A stretch of DNA of 64,000 bases from Rebecca billardiae RCC1528. Lineage: Eukaryota > Protista > Haptophyta. The notes beneath the pieces were generated by a model. That model saw only the letters and a program-made list of their open reading frames with translations, made no database searches and was not told the origin of the DNA. A program made the translations under genes and the position numbers. Every line of letters starts with the position of its first letter. Position 1 is the first letter of the stretch. Below, piece by piece: positions 54,101 through 64,000 of the stretch. The stretch spans positions 2,666,001 through 2,730,000 of the forward strand of contig OZ251230.1 of NCBI GenBank assembly GCA_965240325.2. Direction: 5' to 3'.

Positions 54101-57100
54101 TCCGCGCGCGCGCTGCGGTCGCCCCCCGCGATCGTCGCGCGCAGCGGCAGCTGCGCCACGTCCACGCGCACGCGCGCGCTACCCGCCGCCGCCGGGTCAG
54201 CCTCCATCTGCGCCGTCACCTCCAGCTCGTAGCTGTGCAGCGGCGCGAGGGCGTACGGGGAGAGTACGAGCGCGGCGCCTGCCGCCTCGGGCGCGCCGTC
54301 GAGCGCGGAGCGCGCGACGCTCGCGTGCGCGGGCGCGCCGCTCGCGCTGTGCGTCACGCCGAGCAGCGACCAGCGGAAGCGCACGCGCGCGTCCGCGTCC
54401 TCCCAGCAGCTCGCGACGCGCGCGCCGCCCGACAGCAGCGTCGCCGCGCCCGGCCGCACGGCGCGCACGGCCGGCCCCGCGACCGAGACGGTCGGCTTCG
54501 CGTCCGCGCGCGGCGGACGGTGCACGGTGTGCAGCGCAACCGCCGAGACCGAGCCGAGCATGCGCGAGCGCACGCGCAGCGCGAACGCCAGCCGGTGCGC
54601 GCCCGGCGCGAGCGTGCCGAGCGCGTGCAGCGCCACCGCCGCGCCCGTGTGCGCCGCCAGCAGGCCGTTGAGCGCCGCCGCCTCGGCCGCGGAGATGCCG
54701 AGGCTGCGGCTGCGGTCGAGCGCCCACTCAAAGGACAGCCCCGCCGCGCCGCCGCCCGACGAGGCGGAGCCGTCGAGCGCGAGGTCGGCGTCCGGGCAGC
54801 GCGAGAGCGCGCCGGGGCCGCTGAGCGCCGCGACAGGCGGCGCGCAGCCCAACGGCTCGGCGCACGGCGCGTCCGCGTCGATGGCGGCGGCGCCGGCGGC
54901 GCCGAGCGCGGACGGGTCGCACGGCGGCGCGCACACGGAGGGCGCCGGCCGCACCGCGCCCTCGCGCAGCACCAGCGCCGAGCCCGGGCGCAGCGCGGTG
55001 CCCGCGCCCAGCTGCACGACGAGCGCCGACGCGTCACGCCAGTAGCACGTGGGCGGCCGCGCGCCGTCGGCAGCGGACCCGCCGACCAGCGCGAGCGTCG
55101 CGTCGTCGAGGGCGGGCGCGCACGGGCCGACGCCCGCGCCCATGCGCGCGCGGTCGGTCGGCTGCGCGTCGAACTGGAGGAGCACGGAGGTGGCGCTGCC
55201 GTCGAGCGCCGCGCTGAGCAGCGTGGGCGCGTGCGCGCCGATGAAGGTGAACGACACACCGCCGTCCTCCTCCCCCCCCTCCGACGGCGCGGGCTCGAAC
55301 TGCTGCCCGTTGAGCGAGACGCGCACCGGCACGGGCGCGCCGCCCGCCACGCCGTGGCTCGCCGTCGCGACGACGAGCGTGTCCGTCGCCACGGCGGGCG
55401 AGGGCGCGAGCGCGGCCCCAAACGCCACGCGCAGCAGCTGCAGCGGACCTTCAGGGCCCAGCCCCGCGCCGCCCAGTGCGCCAAACCCGACACCCGTGAT
55501 GGCGGTCGCGTCGCCCGCGCCGCCCTGCGTCGGCACGATCGAGCTCACGCGCGGAGGCGCGTAGTAGTGGAAGCGCACGCCGTCGGCGGTGGTCGTGTGC
55601 GCGGTGCCGTTGCCCAGCGAGAGCTCGAGCGAGACCGACGTCGCGCCGCCGAGCGCGGGCGCGGGCTCGGACGCCGGCAGCGGCGGCAGTGTGCAGCGCG
55701 CGCGCGCGCTGCCGTCCGCGCCCGCGGGCAGCATGCCCGCGCGCGCCGCGCAGCCGCCGGCCTCGGCCGCGCCGCCGCCGCCACCGCGCAGCACGCAGCA
55801 CAGCTGGCCCTCGCCGAACTCGGCAAAGCCAACGCCCACGAGCGTCACCACCGTGCCGCCGCCCACCGGCCCCGCGGGCGGGTGCAGCGCGGCCACGCGC
55901 ACCGCGCCCATCTCGTACAGCGAGATTGCGATCTCGTCGCCAAACAGCGAAGGCGCGGAATACGCGCCGCCGTCCAGGCGCAGGCGGACAACATACCGGC
56001 CGGCGGGCAGCGCGGAGCCGTCGGCCGCGGCGTGGGGCACCGCGCACGCCGCGGCGCGCGCGCTCAGCACGACGGCGGCCGTGCTCGCCTCCGCGACGCC
56101 CGCGCCGCCGTCCGCGCGCGAGAACGCGCACGACGCGGCGCCGACGCCGCCCGCGCCGACGCCGCCGCCGTCGGTCGGCCCGACGAAGCCCTCGCCGGCG
56201 AGAGTGAGCGTGCACTCCGCGCCGAGCGGCGCGCCGAGCGGCTCGGCGCTCTGCACCACCGCGCGGAGCACCGGCGGCGGCGGCGGCGCGGGCGGCGGCG
56301 CAGGCGGCGGCGCGGGCGGCGGCGGCGGCGGCGGGCGCGGCGGCGGGCTCGGCGGCGGGCTCGGCGGCGGGCTCGGCGGGCTCGGCGGCGGGAATGGCTC
56401 TGCGCGCGGCGGCGGCGGCGGGGCTGGCGGGGGCGAGGGCGGCGGCGGCGACGGCGGCGGCGCCGGTGGCGGCGGGCTCGGCGGCGGGCTCGGCGGCGGC
56501 GAGGGCGGCGGGCTCGGCGGCGGGCTCGGCGGCGGGCTCGGCGGCGGGCTCGGCGGCGGGCTCGGCGGCGGGCTCGGCGGCGGCGGGCTCGGCGGCGGCG
56601 AGGGCGGCGGCGTGGGCGGCGGCGAGGGCGGCGGGCTCGGCGGCGGCGCGGGCGGCGGGCTCGGCGGCGGGCGCGGCGGCGGGCTCGGCGGCGGGCTCGG
56701 CGGCGGGGTTGGCGGCGGGGTGGGCGGCGGCGACGGCGGTGGCGACGGCGGCGGCGAGGGCGGCGGGCCCGGCGGCGGCGAGGGCGGCGGGTTGGGCGGC
56801 GGGCTGGGCGGCGGCGAGGGCGGTGGCGAGGGCGGCGGGGGGCTCGGCGGCGGGCTCGGCGGCGGCGAAGGCGGCGGCGACGGCGGCGGCGGGCTCGGCG
56901 GCGGGCTCGGCGGCGGCGATGGCGGCGGCGAGGGCGGCGTGCCGGGCGGCGGCGGGCTGGGCGGCGGGCTGGGCGGCGGGCTGGGCGGCGGGACTGGCGG
57001 CGGGCTCGGCGGCGGACTCGGGGGCGGCGAGGGCGGCGGGCTCGGCGGCGGCGAGGGCGGCGGGCGCGGCGGCGGCGAGGGCGGCGGGCGCGGCGGCGGC

Positions 57101-60100
57101 GAGGGCGGCGGGCGCGGCGGTGGCGAGGGCGGCGGGCTCGGCGGCGGCGAGGGCGGCGGGCGCGGCGGCGGCGAGGGCGGCGGGCTCGGCGGCGGCGACG
57201 GAGGCGGGCTCGGCGGCGGCGACGGCGGCGGGCGCGGCGGCGGCGACGGCGGCGGCGAGGGCGGCGGCGAGGGCGGCGGCGGGCTGGGCGGCGGGCTGGG
57301 CGGCGGGCTCGGCGGCGGGCTGGGCGGCGGGCGGGGCGGTGGGGATGGCGGCGGCGACGGCGGCGGCGACGGCGGCGGCGACGGCGGTGGGCTCGGCGGT
57401 GGGCTCGGCGGTGGGCTCGGTGGCGGGCTCGGCGGCGGCGGGCTCGGCGGCGGGCTCGGCGGCGGGCTCGGCGGCGGGCTCGGCGGCGGCGACGGCGGCG
57501 GAAACGGCGGCCGCGACGGTGGCGGCGAGGGTGGCGGGCGTGGGGGCGGGCTTGGCGGCGGCGAGGGGGGTGGCGAGGGCGGCGGGCTCGGCGGCGGCGA
57601 GGGCGGCGGCGTTGGCGGCGCGCGTGGCGGTGGCGACGGCGGCGGCGAGGGCGGCGGGCCCGGCGGCGGCGGGCTCGGCGGCGGGCTCGGCGGCGGGCTC
57701 GGCGGCGGGCTCGGCGGCGGGCTCGGAGGCGGCGGGCTCGGCGGCGGGCTCGGCGGTGGCGCCGGCGGCGGGCTCGGCGGCGGCGAGGGCGGCGGGCTTG
57801 GCGGCGGGCTCGGCGGCGGGCTTGGAGGTGGCGGGCTGGGAGGCGGGCTCGGCGGCGGGCGCGGCGGCGGCGAGGGCGGCGGGCCGGGCGGCGGGCTGGG
57901 CGGCGGGCTGGGCGGCGGGGAAGGCGGCGGGGAAGGCGGCGGCGACGGCGGCGGGGAAGGCGGCGGCGAGGGCGGTGGCGAGGGCGGCGGGACGGGCGGT
58001 GGGGACGGCGGCGGGGATGGCGGCGGGAGCGGTGGAGGCGAGGGCGGCGGCGAGGGCGGCGGCGAGGGCGGCGGCGACGGCGGCGGCGACGGCGGTGGGC
58101 TCGGCGGTGGCGATGGCGGCGGGCTCGGTGGCGGCGAGGGCGGCGGCGACGGCGGCGGCGAAGGCGGCGGGAACGGCGGCTGGAACGGCGGCGGCGACGG
58201 CGGCGGCGACGGCGGCGGGCTCGGTGGGGGCGAAGGCGGTGGGGAGGGCGGCGGCGACGGCGGCGGGCTGGGCGGCGGCGGGCTGGGCGGCGGGCTCGGA
58301 GGCGGGCTCGGCGGTGGGCTGGGTGGTGGGCGCGGTGGCGGCGAGGGCGGCGGCGAGGGCGGCGGCGAGGGCGGTGGCGAGGGCGGCGGCGGGCTGGGTG
58401 GCGGGCTGGGCGGCGGCGAGGGCGGCGGGCTGGGCGGCGGGCTTGGTGGCGGGCTTGGCGGCGGGCGTGGCGGCGGCGACGGAGGCGGTGACGGCGGTGG
58501 GGGGCTTGGTGGGGGGCTCGGCGGTGGACTCGGAGGCGGGGACGGCGGCGGAGCGGGCGGCGGCGAGGGCGGCGGCGACGGCGGCGGGAAAGGCGGCGGC
58601 GAGGGCGGTGGGCTCGGCGGTGGTGATGGCGGTGGCGAGGGCGGCGGGCTCGGTGGTGGCGGGCTCGGCGGCGGGCTCGGCGGCGGCGATGGCGGCGGGC
58701 TTGGAGGCGGCGAGGGCGGCGGGCTCGGCGGCGGCGACGGCGGCGGCGATGGCGGCGGGCTGGGCGGCGGCGGGCTCGGTGGCGGGCTCGGCGGCGGCGA
58801 GGGCGGCGGGCTCGGCGGCGGGCTCGGCGGCGGCGAGGGCGGCGGCGAGGGCGGCGGCGAGGGCGGCGGCGAGGGCGGCGGCGAGGGCGGCGGCGATGGC
58901 GGCGGCGATGGCGGCGGGCTCGGCGGCGGCGGGCTCGGCGGCGGGCTGGGCGGCGGCGAGGGCGGCGGGCTCGGCGGCGGGCTCGGCGGCGGCGAGGGCG
59001 GGGGGCTCGGCGGCGGGCTCGGTGGCGGCGAGGGCGGCGGCGAGGGCGGCGGGCTCGGCGGTGGCGATGGCGGTGGCGATGGCGGCGGGCTCGGCGGCGG
59101 CGACGGCGGCGGAAAGGGCGGCGGGCTCGGCGGCGGTGATGGCGGCGGCGATGGCGGCGGGCCTGGCGGCGGCGGGCTTGGCGGCGGGCTCGGCGGCGGC
59201 GACGGCGGCGGGCTCGGCGGCGGCCTCGGTGGCGGGGAGGGCGGAGGGCGTGGCGGCGGGCTCGGTGGCGGCGAGGGGGGCGGCGAGGGTGGCGGCGACG
59301 GCGGTGGTGTTGGAGGCATGCTCGGCGGCGGTGACGGTGGCGGCGATGGCGGCGGGCTGGGAGGCGGTGGGCTCGGTGGCGGGCTCGGCGGCGGCGATGG
59401 CGGCGGGATGGGTGGTGGGCTCGGCGGTGGGCTCGGCGGCGGGCTGGGCGGCGGTGATGGCGGTGGCGACGGCGGCGGGCTCGGCGGCGGTGATGGCGGC
59501 GGCGATGGCGGCGGGCTCGGCGGCGGCGGGCTCGGCGGCGGGCTCGGCGGCGGCGACGGCGGCGGGCTTGGCGGCGGTGACGGCGGCGGCGAGGGCGGAG
59601 GGCTCGGCGGCGGACTAGGCGGCGGCGATGGCGGCGGACTCGGTGGCGGACTGGGCGGCGGCGAGGGCGGCGGGCTCGGTGGCGGTGCTGGCGGCGGCGA
59701 TGGCGGCGGGCTTGGCGGCGGCGGGCTCGGTGGCGGACTGGGCGGCGGCGACGGCGGCGGGCTGGGCGGTGGGCTGGGCGGCGGCGAGGGTGGAGGGCTC
59801 GGCGGCGGGCTGGGCGGCGGCGATGGCGGCGGGCTCGGTGGCGGCGACGGTGGTGGCGACGGCGGCGGGCTCGGCGGCGGTGATGGCGGCGGCGAGGGCG
59901 GCGGGCTCGGCGGCGGCGGGCTCGGTGGCGGACTCGGCGGCGGCGACGGCGGCGGGCTGGGCGGTGGGCTGGGCGGCGGCGAGGGCGGGGGGCTCGGCGG
60001 CGGGCTGGGTGGCGGCGAGGGTGGCGGGGTCGGCGGCGGCGACGGCGGTGGTGATGGCGGAGGGCTCGGCGGCGGTGATGGCGGCGGTGATGGCGGCGGG

Positions 60101-63100
60101 CTGGGCGGCGGCGGGCTCGGTGGCGGCGAGGGCGGCGGCGACGGCGGCGGGCTCGGCGGCGGAGACGGCGGCGGCGAGGGCGGAGGGCTCGGCGGCGGGC
60201 TTGGGGGTGGCCATGGCGGCGGGCTCGGTGGCGGTGACGGCGGTGGCGACGGCGGCGGGCTCGGCGGCGGTGATGGCGGCGGGCTCGGCGGCGGACTGGG
60301 CGGCGGCGATGGCGGCGGACTCGGTGGCGGCGACGGCGGTGGCGACGGTGGCGGGCTTGGCGGCGGTGATGGCGGCGGCGAGGGCGGCGGGCTGGGCGGC
60401 GGCGGGCTGGGTGGCGGGCTCGGCGGCGGCGAGGGCGGCGGGCTCGGCGGCGAGGACGGCGGCGGCGACGGCGGAGGGCTCGGCGGCGGTGATGGCGGTG
60501 GCGATGGCGGCGGACTTGGCGGCGGCGACGGCGGTGGCGATGGCGGAGGGCTCGGCGGCGGTGACGGCGGCGGTGATGGCGGCGGGCTGGGCGGGGGCGG
60601 CGACGGCGGCGGACTCGGCGGCGGCGACGGCGGCGGCGACGGCGGCGGGCTCGGCGGCGGCGATGGCGGCGGGCTCGGTGGCGGACTCGGGGGCGGCGAG
60701 GGCGGCGGAGTCGGTGGCGGCGAAGGCGGCGGTGACGGCGGTGGGCTCGGCGGCGGTGATGGCGGCGGCGAGGGCGGCGGGCTGGGTGGCGGTGGGCTGG
60801 GTGGCGGGCTCGGCGGCGGCGAGGGCGGCGGGCTCGGCGGCGGGGACGGCGGCGGCGACGGCGGAGGGCTCGGCGGCGGCGATGGCGGTGGCGATGGCGG
60901 CGGCGATGGCGGCGGCGACGGCGGTGGCGACGGCGGAGGGCTCGGCGGCGGCGACGGCGGCGGCGATGGCGGCGGGCTGGGCGGGGGCGGCGACGGCGGC
61001 GGACTCGGCGGCGGCGACGGCGGCGGCGACGGCGGCGGGCTCGGCGGCGGTGAGGGCGGCGGGCTCGGCGGTGGACTGGGGGGCGGCGAGGGCGGCGGGC
61101 TCGGCGGCGGCGACGGCGGCGGCGAGGGCGGCGGGCTCGGCGGGGGTGATGGCGGCGGTGATGGCGGCGGGCTTGGCGGCGGCGGGCTCGGTGGCGGGCT
61201 CGGCGGCGGCGAGGGCGGCGGGCTGGGCGGCGGGCTGGGCGGCGGCGAGGGCGGCGGGCTTGGCGGCGGGCTTGGTGGCGGCGAGGGTGGCGGGCTCGGC
61301 GGCGGCGACGGCGGCGGCGACGGCGGCGGGCTCGGCGGCGGTGATGGCGGCGGCGAGGGCGGCGGGCTGGGCGGCGGCGGGCTCGGCGGCGGGCTCGGCG
61401 GCGGCGACGGCGGCGGGCTGGGCGGTGGGCTGGGCGGCGGCGAGGGCGGAGGGCTCGGCGGCGGAGCGGGGGGCGGCGAGGGCGGCGGGCTCGGTGGCGG
61501 CGACGGCGGTGGCGACGGCGGAGGGCTCGGCGGCGGCGATGGCGGTGGCGATGGCGGCGGCGATGGCGGCGGCGACGGCGGTGGCGACGGCGGAGGGCTC
61601 GGCGGCGGCGACGGCGGCGGCGATGGCGGCGGGCTGGGCGGGGGCGGCGACGGCGGCGGACTCGGCGGCGGCGACGGCGGCGGCGACGGCGGCGGGTTCG
61701 GCGGCGGCGAGGGCGGCGGGCTCGGCGGTGGACTGGGGGGCGGTGAGGGCGGCGGGCTCGGCGGCGGCGACGGCGGCGGCGAGGGCGGCGGGCTCGGCGG
61801 GGGTGATGGCGGCGGTGATGGCGGCGGGCTTGGCGGCGGCGGGCTCGGTGGCGGGCTCGGCGGCGGCGAGGGCGGCGGGCTGGGCGGCGGGCTGGGCGGC
61901 GGCGAGGGCGGCGGGCTTGGCGGCGGGCTTGGTGGCGGCGAGGGTGGCGGGCTCGGCGGCGGGGACGGCGGCGGCGACGGCGGCGGGCTCGGCGGCGGCG
62001 ACGGCGGCGGCGAGGGCGGCGGGCTTGGCGGCGGCGGGCTTGGCGGCGGGCTCGGCGGCGGCGACGGCGGCGGGCTGGGCGGTGGGCTGGGCGGCGGCGA
62101 GGGCGGAGGGCTCGGCGGCGGAGCGGGGGGCGGCGAGGGCGGCGGGCTCGGTGGCGGCGACGGCGGTGGCGACGGCGGTGGGTTCGGCGGCGGTGATGGC
62201 GGAGGCGAGGGCGGTGGGCTGGGTGGCGGTGGGCTGGGTGGCGGACTCGGCGGCGGCGACGGCGGCGGGCTCGGCGGCGGCGACGGCGGCGGTGAGGGCG
62301 GAGGGCTCGGGGGCGGCGATGGCGGTGGCGATGGCGGTGGCGATGGCGGCGGCGACGGCGGTGGCGACGGCGGGGGACTTGGCGGCGGCGAAGGTGGCGG
62401 TGATGGCGGCGGGCTGGGCGGCGGCGGCGACGGCGGCGGGCTCGGCGGCGGCGACGGCGGCGGGCTTGGCGGCGGGCTTGGCGGCGGCGAGGGCGGCGGG
62501 CTCGGCGGCGGACTGGGCGGCGGCGAGGGCGGCGGACTCGGCGGCGGCGACGGCGGCGGCGACGGCGGAGGGCTCGGCGGCGGCGATGGCGGCGGCGATG
62601 GCGGCGGGCTTGGCGGCGGCGGGCTCGGAGGCGGGCTCGGAGGCGGCGAGGGCGGCGGGCTGGGCGGCGGGCTGGGCGGCGGCGAGGGCGGAGGGCTCGG
62701 CGGCGGCGATGGTGGCGGCGAGGGCGGCGGGCTCGGCGGCGGTGACGGCGGTGGCGACGGCGGCGGGCTCGGCGGCGGTGATGGCGGCGGCGAGGGCGGC
62801 GGGCTGGGCGGAGGCGGGCTCGGTGGCGGGCTCGGCGGCGGCGAGGGCGGCGGGCTGGGCGGCGGTGACGGCGGCGGCGACGGCGGCGGGCTGGGCGGCG
62901 GACTGGGCGGCGGCGAGGGCGGAGGGCTCGGCGGCGGCGACGGCGGTGGCGACGGCGGCGGGCTCGGCGGCGGTAATGGCGGCGGAGATGGCGGCGGGCT
63001 CGGCGGCGGTGGGCTTGGTGGCGGGCTCGGCGGCGGCGACGGCGGCGGGCTGGGCGGCGGGCTGGGCGGCGGCGAGGGCGGCGGGCTGGGCGGCGCGCGT

Positions 63101-64000
63101 GGTGGCGGCGATGGCGGCGGGCTCGGCGGCGGCGACGGCGGCGGCGACGGCGGCGGGCTCGGCGGCGGTGATGGCGGCGGCGACGGCGGCGGGCTGGGCG
63201 GCGGCGGGCTCGGTGGCGGGCTCGGCGGCGGCGACGGCGGCGGGCTGGGCGGCGGTGACGGCGGCGGCGGGCTGGGCGGCGGACTGGGCGGCGGCGATGG
63301 CGGAGGGCTCGGCGGCGGCGACGGCGGTGGCGACGGCGGCGGGCTCGGCGGCGGTGATGGCGGCGGTGATGGCGGCGGGCTGGGCGGCGGCGGGCTCGGC
63401 GGCGGGCTCGGCGGCGGCGATGGCGGCGGGCTGGGCGGCGGGCTGGGCGGCGGCGAGGGCGGCGGGCTTGGCGGCGGGCTTGGTGGCGGCGAGGGTGGCG
63501 GGCTCGGCGGCGGGCTCGGCGGCGGCGAGGGCGGAGGGCTCGGCGGCGGCGACGGCGGCGGCGAGGGCGGCGGGCTTGGCGGCGGCGGGCTTGGCGGCGG
63601 GCTCGGCGGCGGCGAGGGCGGCGGGCTGGGCGGCGGGCTGGGCGGCGGCGTGGGCGGAGGGCTAGGCGGCGGCGATGGCGGCGGCGAGGGCGGTGGACTG
63701 GGCGGTGGCGACGGCGGCGGGCTTGGCGGCGGGCTCGGCGGCGGCGACGGCGGCGGCGATGGCGGCGGGCGTGGCGGCGGTGGGCTTGGCGGCGGGCTTG
63801 GCGGCGGCGAGGGCGGCGGGCTTGGCGGCGGGCTGGGCGGTGGCGAGGGCGGAGGGCTAGGCGGCGGCGAGGGCGGCGGCGAGGGCGGCGGACTCGGTGG
63901 CGGCGACGGCGGTGGCGACGGCGGCGGGCTCGGCGGCGGCGACGGCGGAGGGCTGGGCGGCGGGCTTGGGGGCGGCGGGCTTGGGGGCGGGCTTGGCGGC
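48217..64000 (-). CDS. Giant polycystin-1/REJ-like membrane protein with extensin-like Ser-Pro3 stalk (5'-partial, over 5,200 aa in window)
   Basis: SPPP repeats, IPT/TIG-like units (LHPPAGPVGGGTVVTLVG, VRVSLNGQQF), PKD/REJ-like units (LDGSASS, IDGSSTLDP, PPHGGALRVSP..G..LVT.Y), EGF-like unit, GPS (CHWWDE...WSAEGC...CACTHLTDF), TM segments and an EF-hand pair. The repeat phase is unbroken from 59319 to the window end, so the ORF-track start at 59319 is an internal Met. Confidence 0.85.
56275..64000 (-). repeat. Coding (SPPP/QPPP/RPPP)n array over 7.7 kb with higher-order duplications
   Basis: 12/15-bp units; a block at about 60850-61510 recurs at +657 bp. Confidence 0.95.

Noticed and set aside
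49921-58491. 2856-aa Arg-rich ORF and the many other Arg/Ala/Pro-rich overlapping ORFs
   Set aside because: Stop codons are rare at this GC content; these frames have no domains and overlap well-supported genes.
56394-63860. Long Ala-rich plus-strand ORFs (1074 and 1345 aa) resembling antifreeze or ice-nucleation proteins
   Set aside because: They are antisense shadows of the SPPP codons; the minus frame is continuous with recognisable domains.

Overview
Very GC-rich eukaryotic nuclear DNA: compact, often head-to-head genes, short GT-AG introns, TTAGGG-type repeats, and a nuclear plastid protein with a bipartite targeting leader. This is most consistent with a haptophyte alga, possibly Pavlovales such as Diacronema (inference only). 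Supported genes, in order: a putative membrane protein, ABCG transporter, GT47/exostosin glycosyltransferase, anoctamin/TMEM16, CDK10/11-like kinase, NBR1, two-repeat MYB factor, plastid ribosomal protein L32, Cwc2 with a WW domain, ankyrin protein, MORN/zinc-module protein, SHIPPO-repeat protein, RING-CH E3 ligase, SulP/SLC26 transporter and PH-domain protein. The window ends in the 3' 15.8 kb of a giant polycystin-1/REJ-like gene carrying more than 2,500 residues of Ser-Pro3 repeats that run off the window edge. Non-coding DNA holds a 5.1-kb element with TOC1/PAT/Ngaro-type split direct repeats, a 3.5-kb CACAG-terminated element inside a (TA)n tract, two further inverted-repeat elements, a long hairpin over the NBR1 3' end, and telomere repeats in three introns. 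Most other ORFs in the track are GC-rich shadow frames. All exon boundaries and family calls were made by eye; no database search was run.
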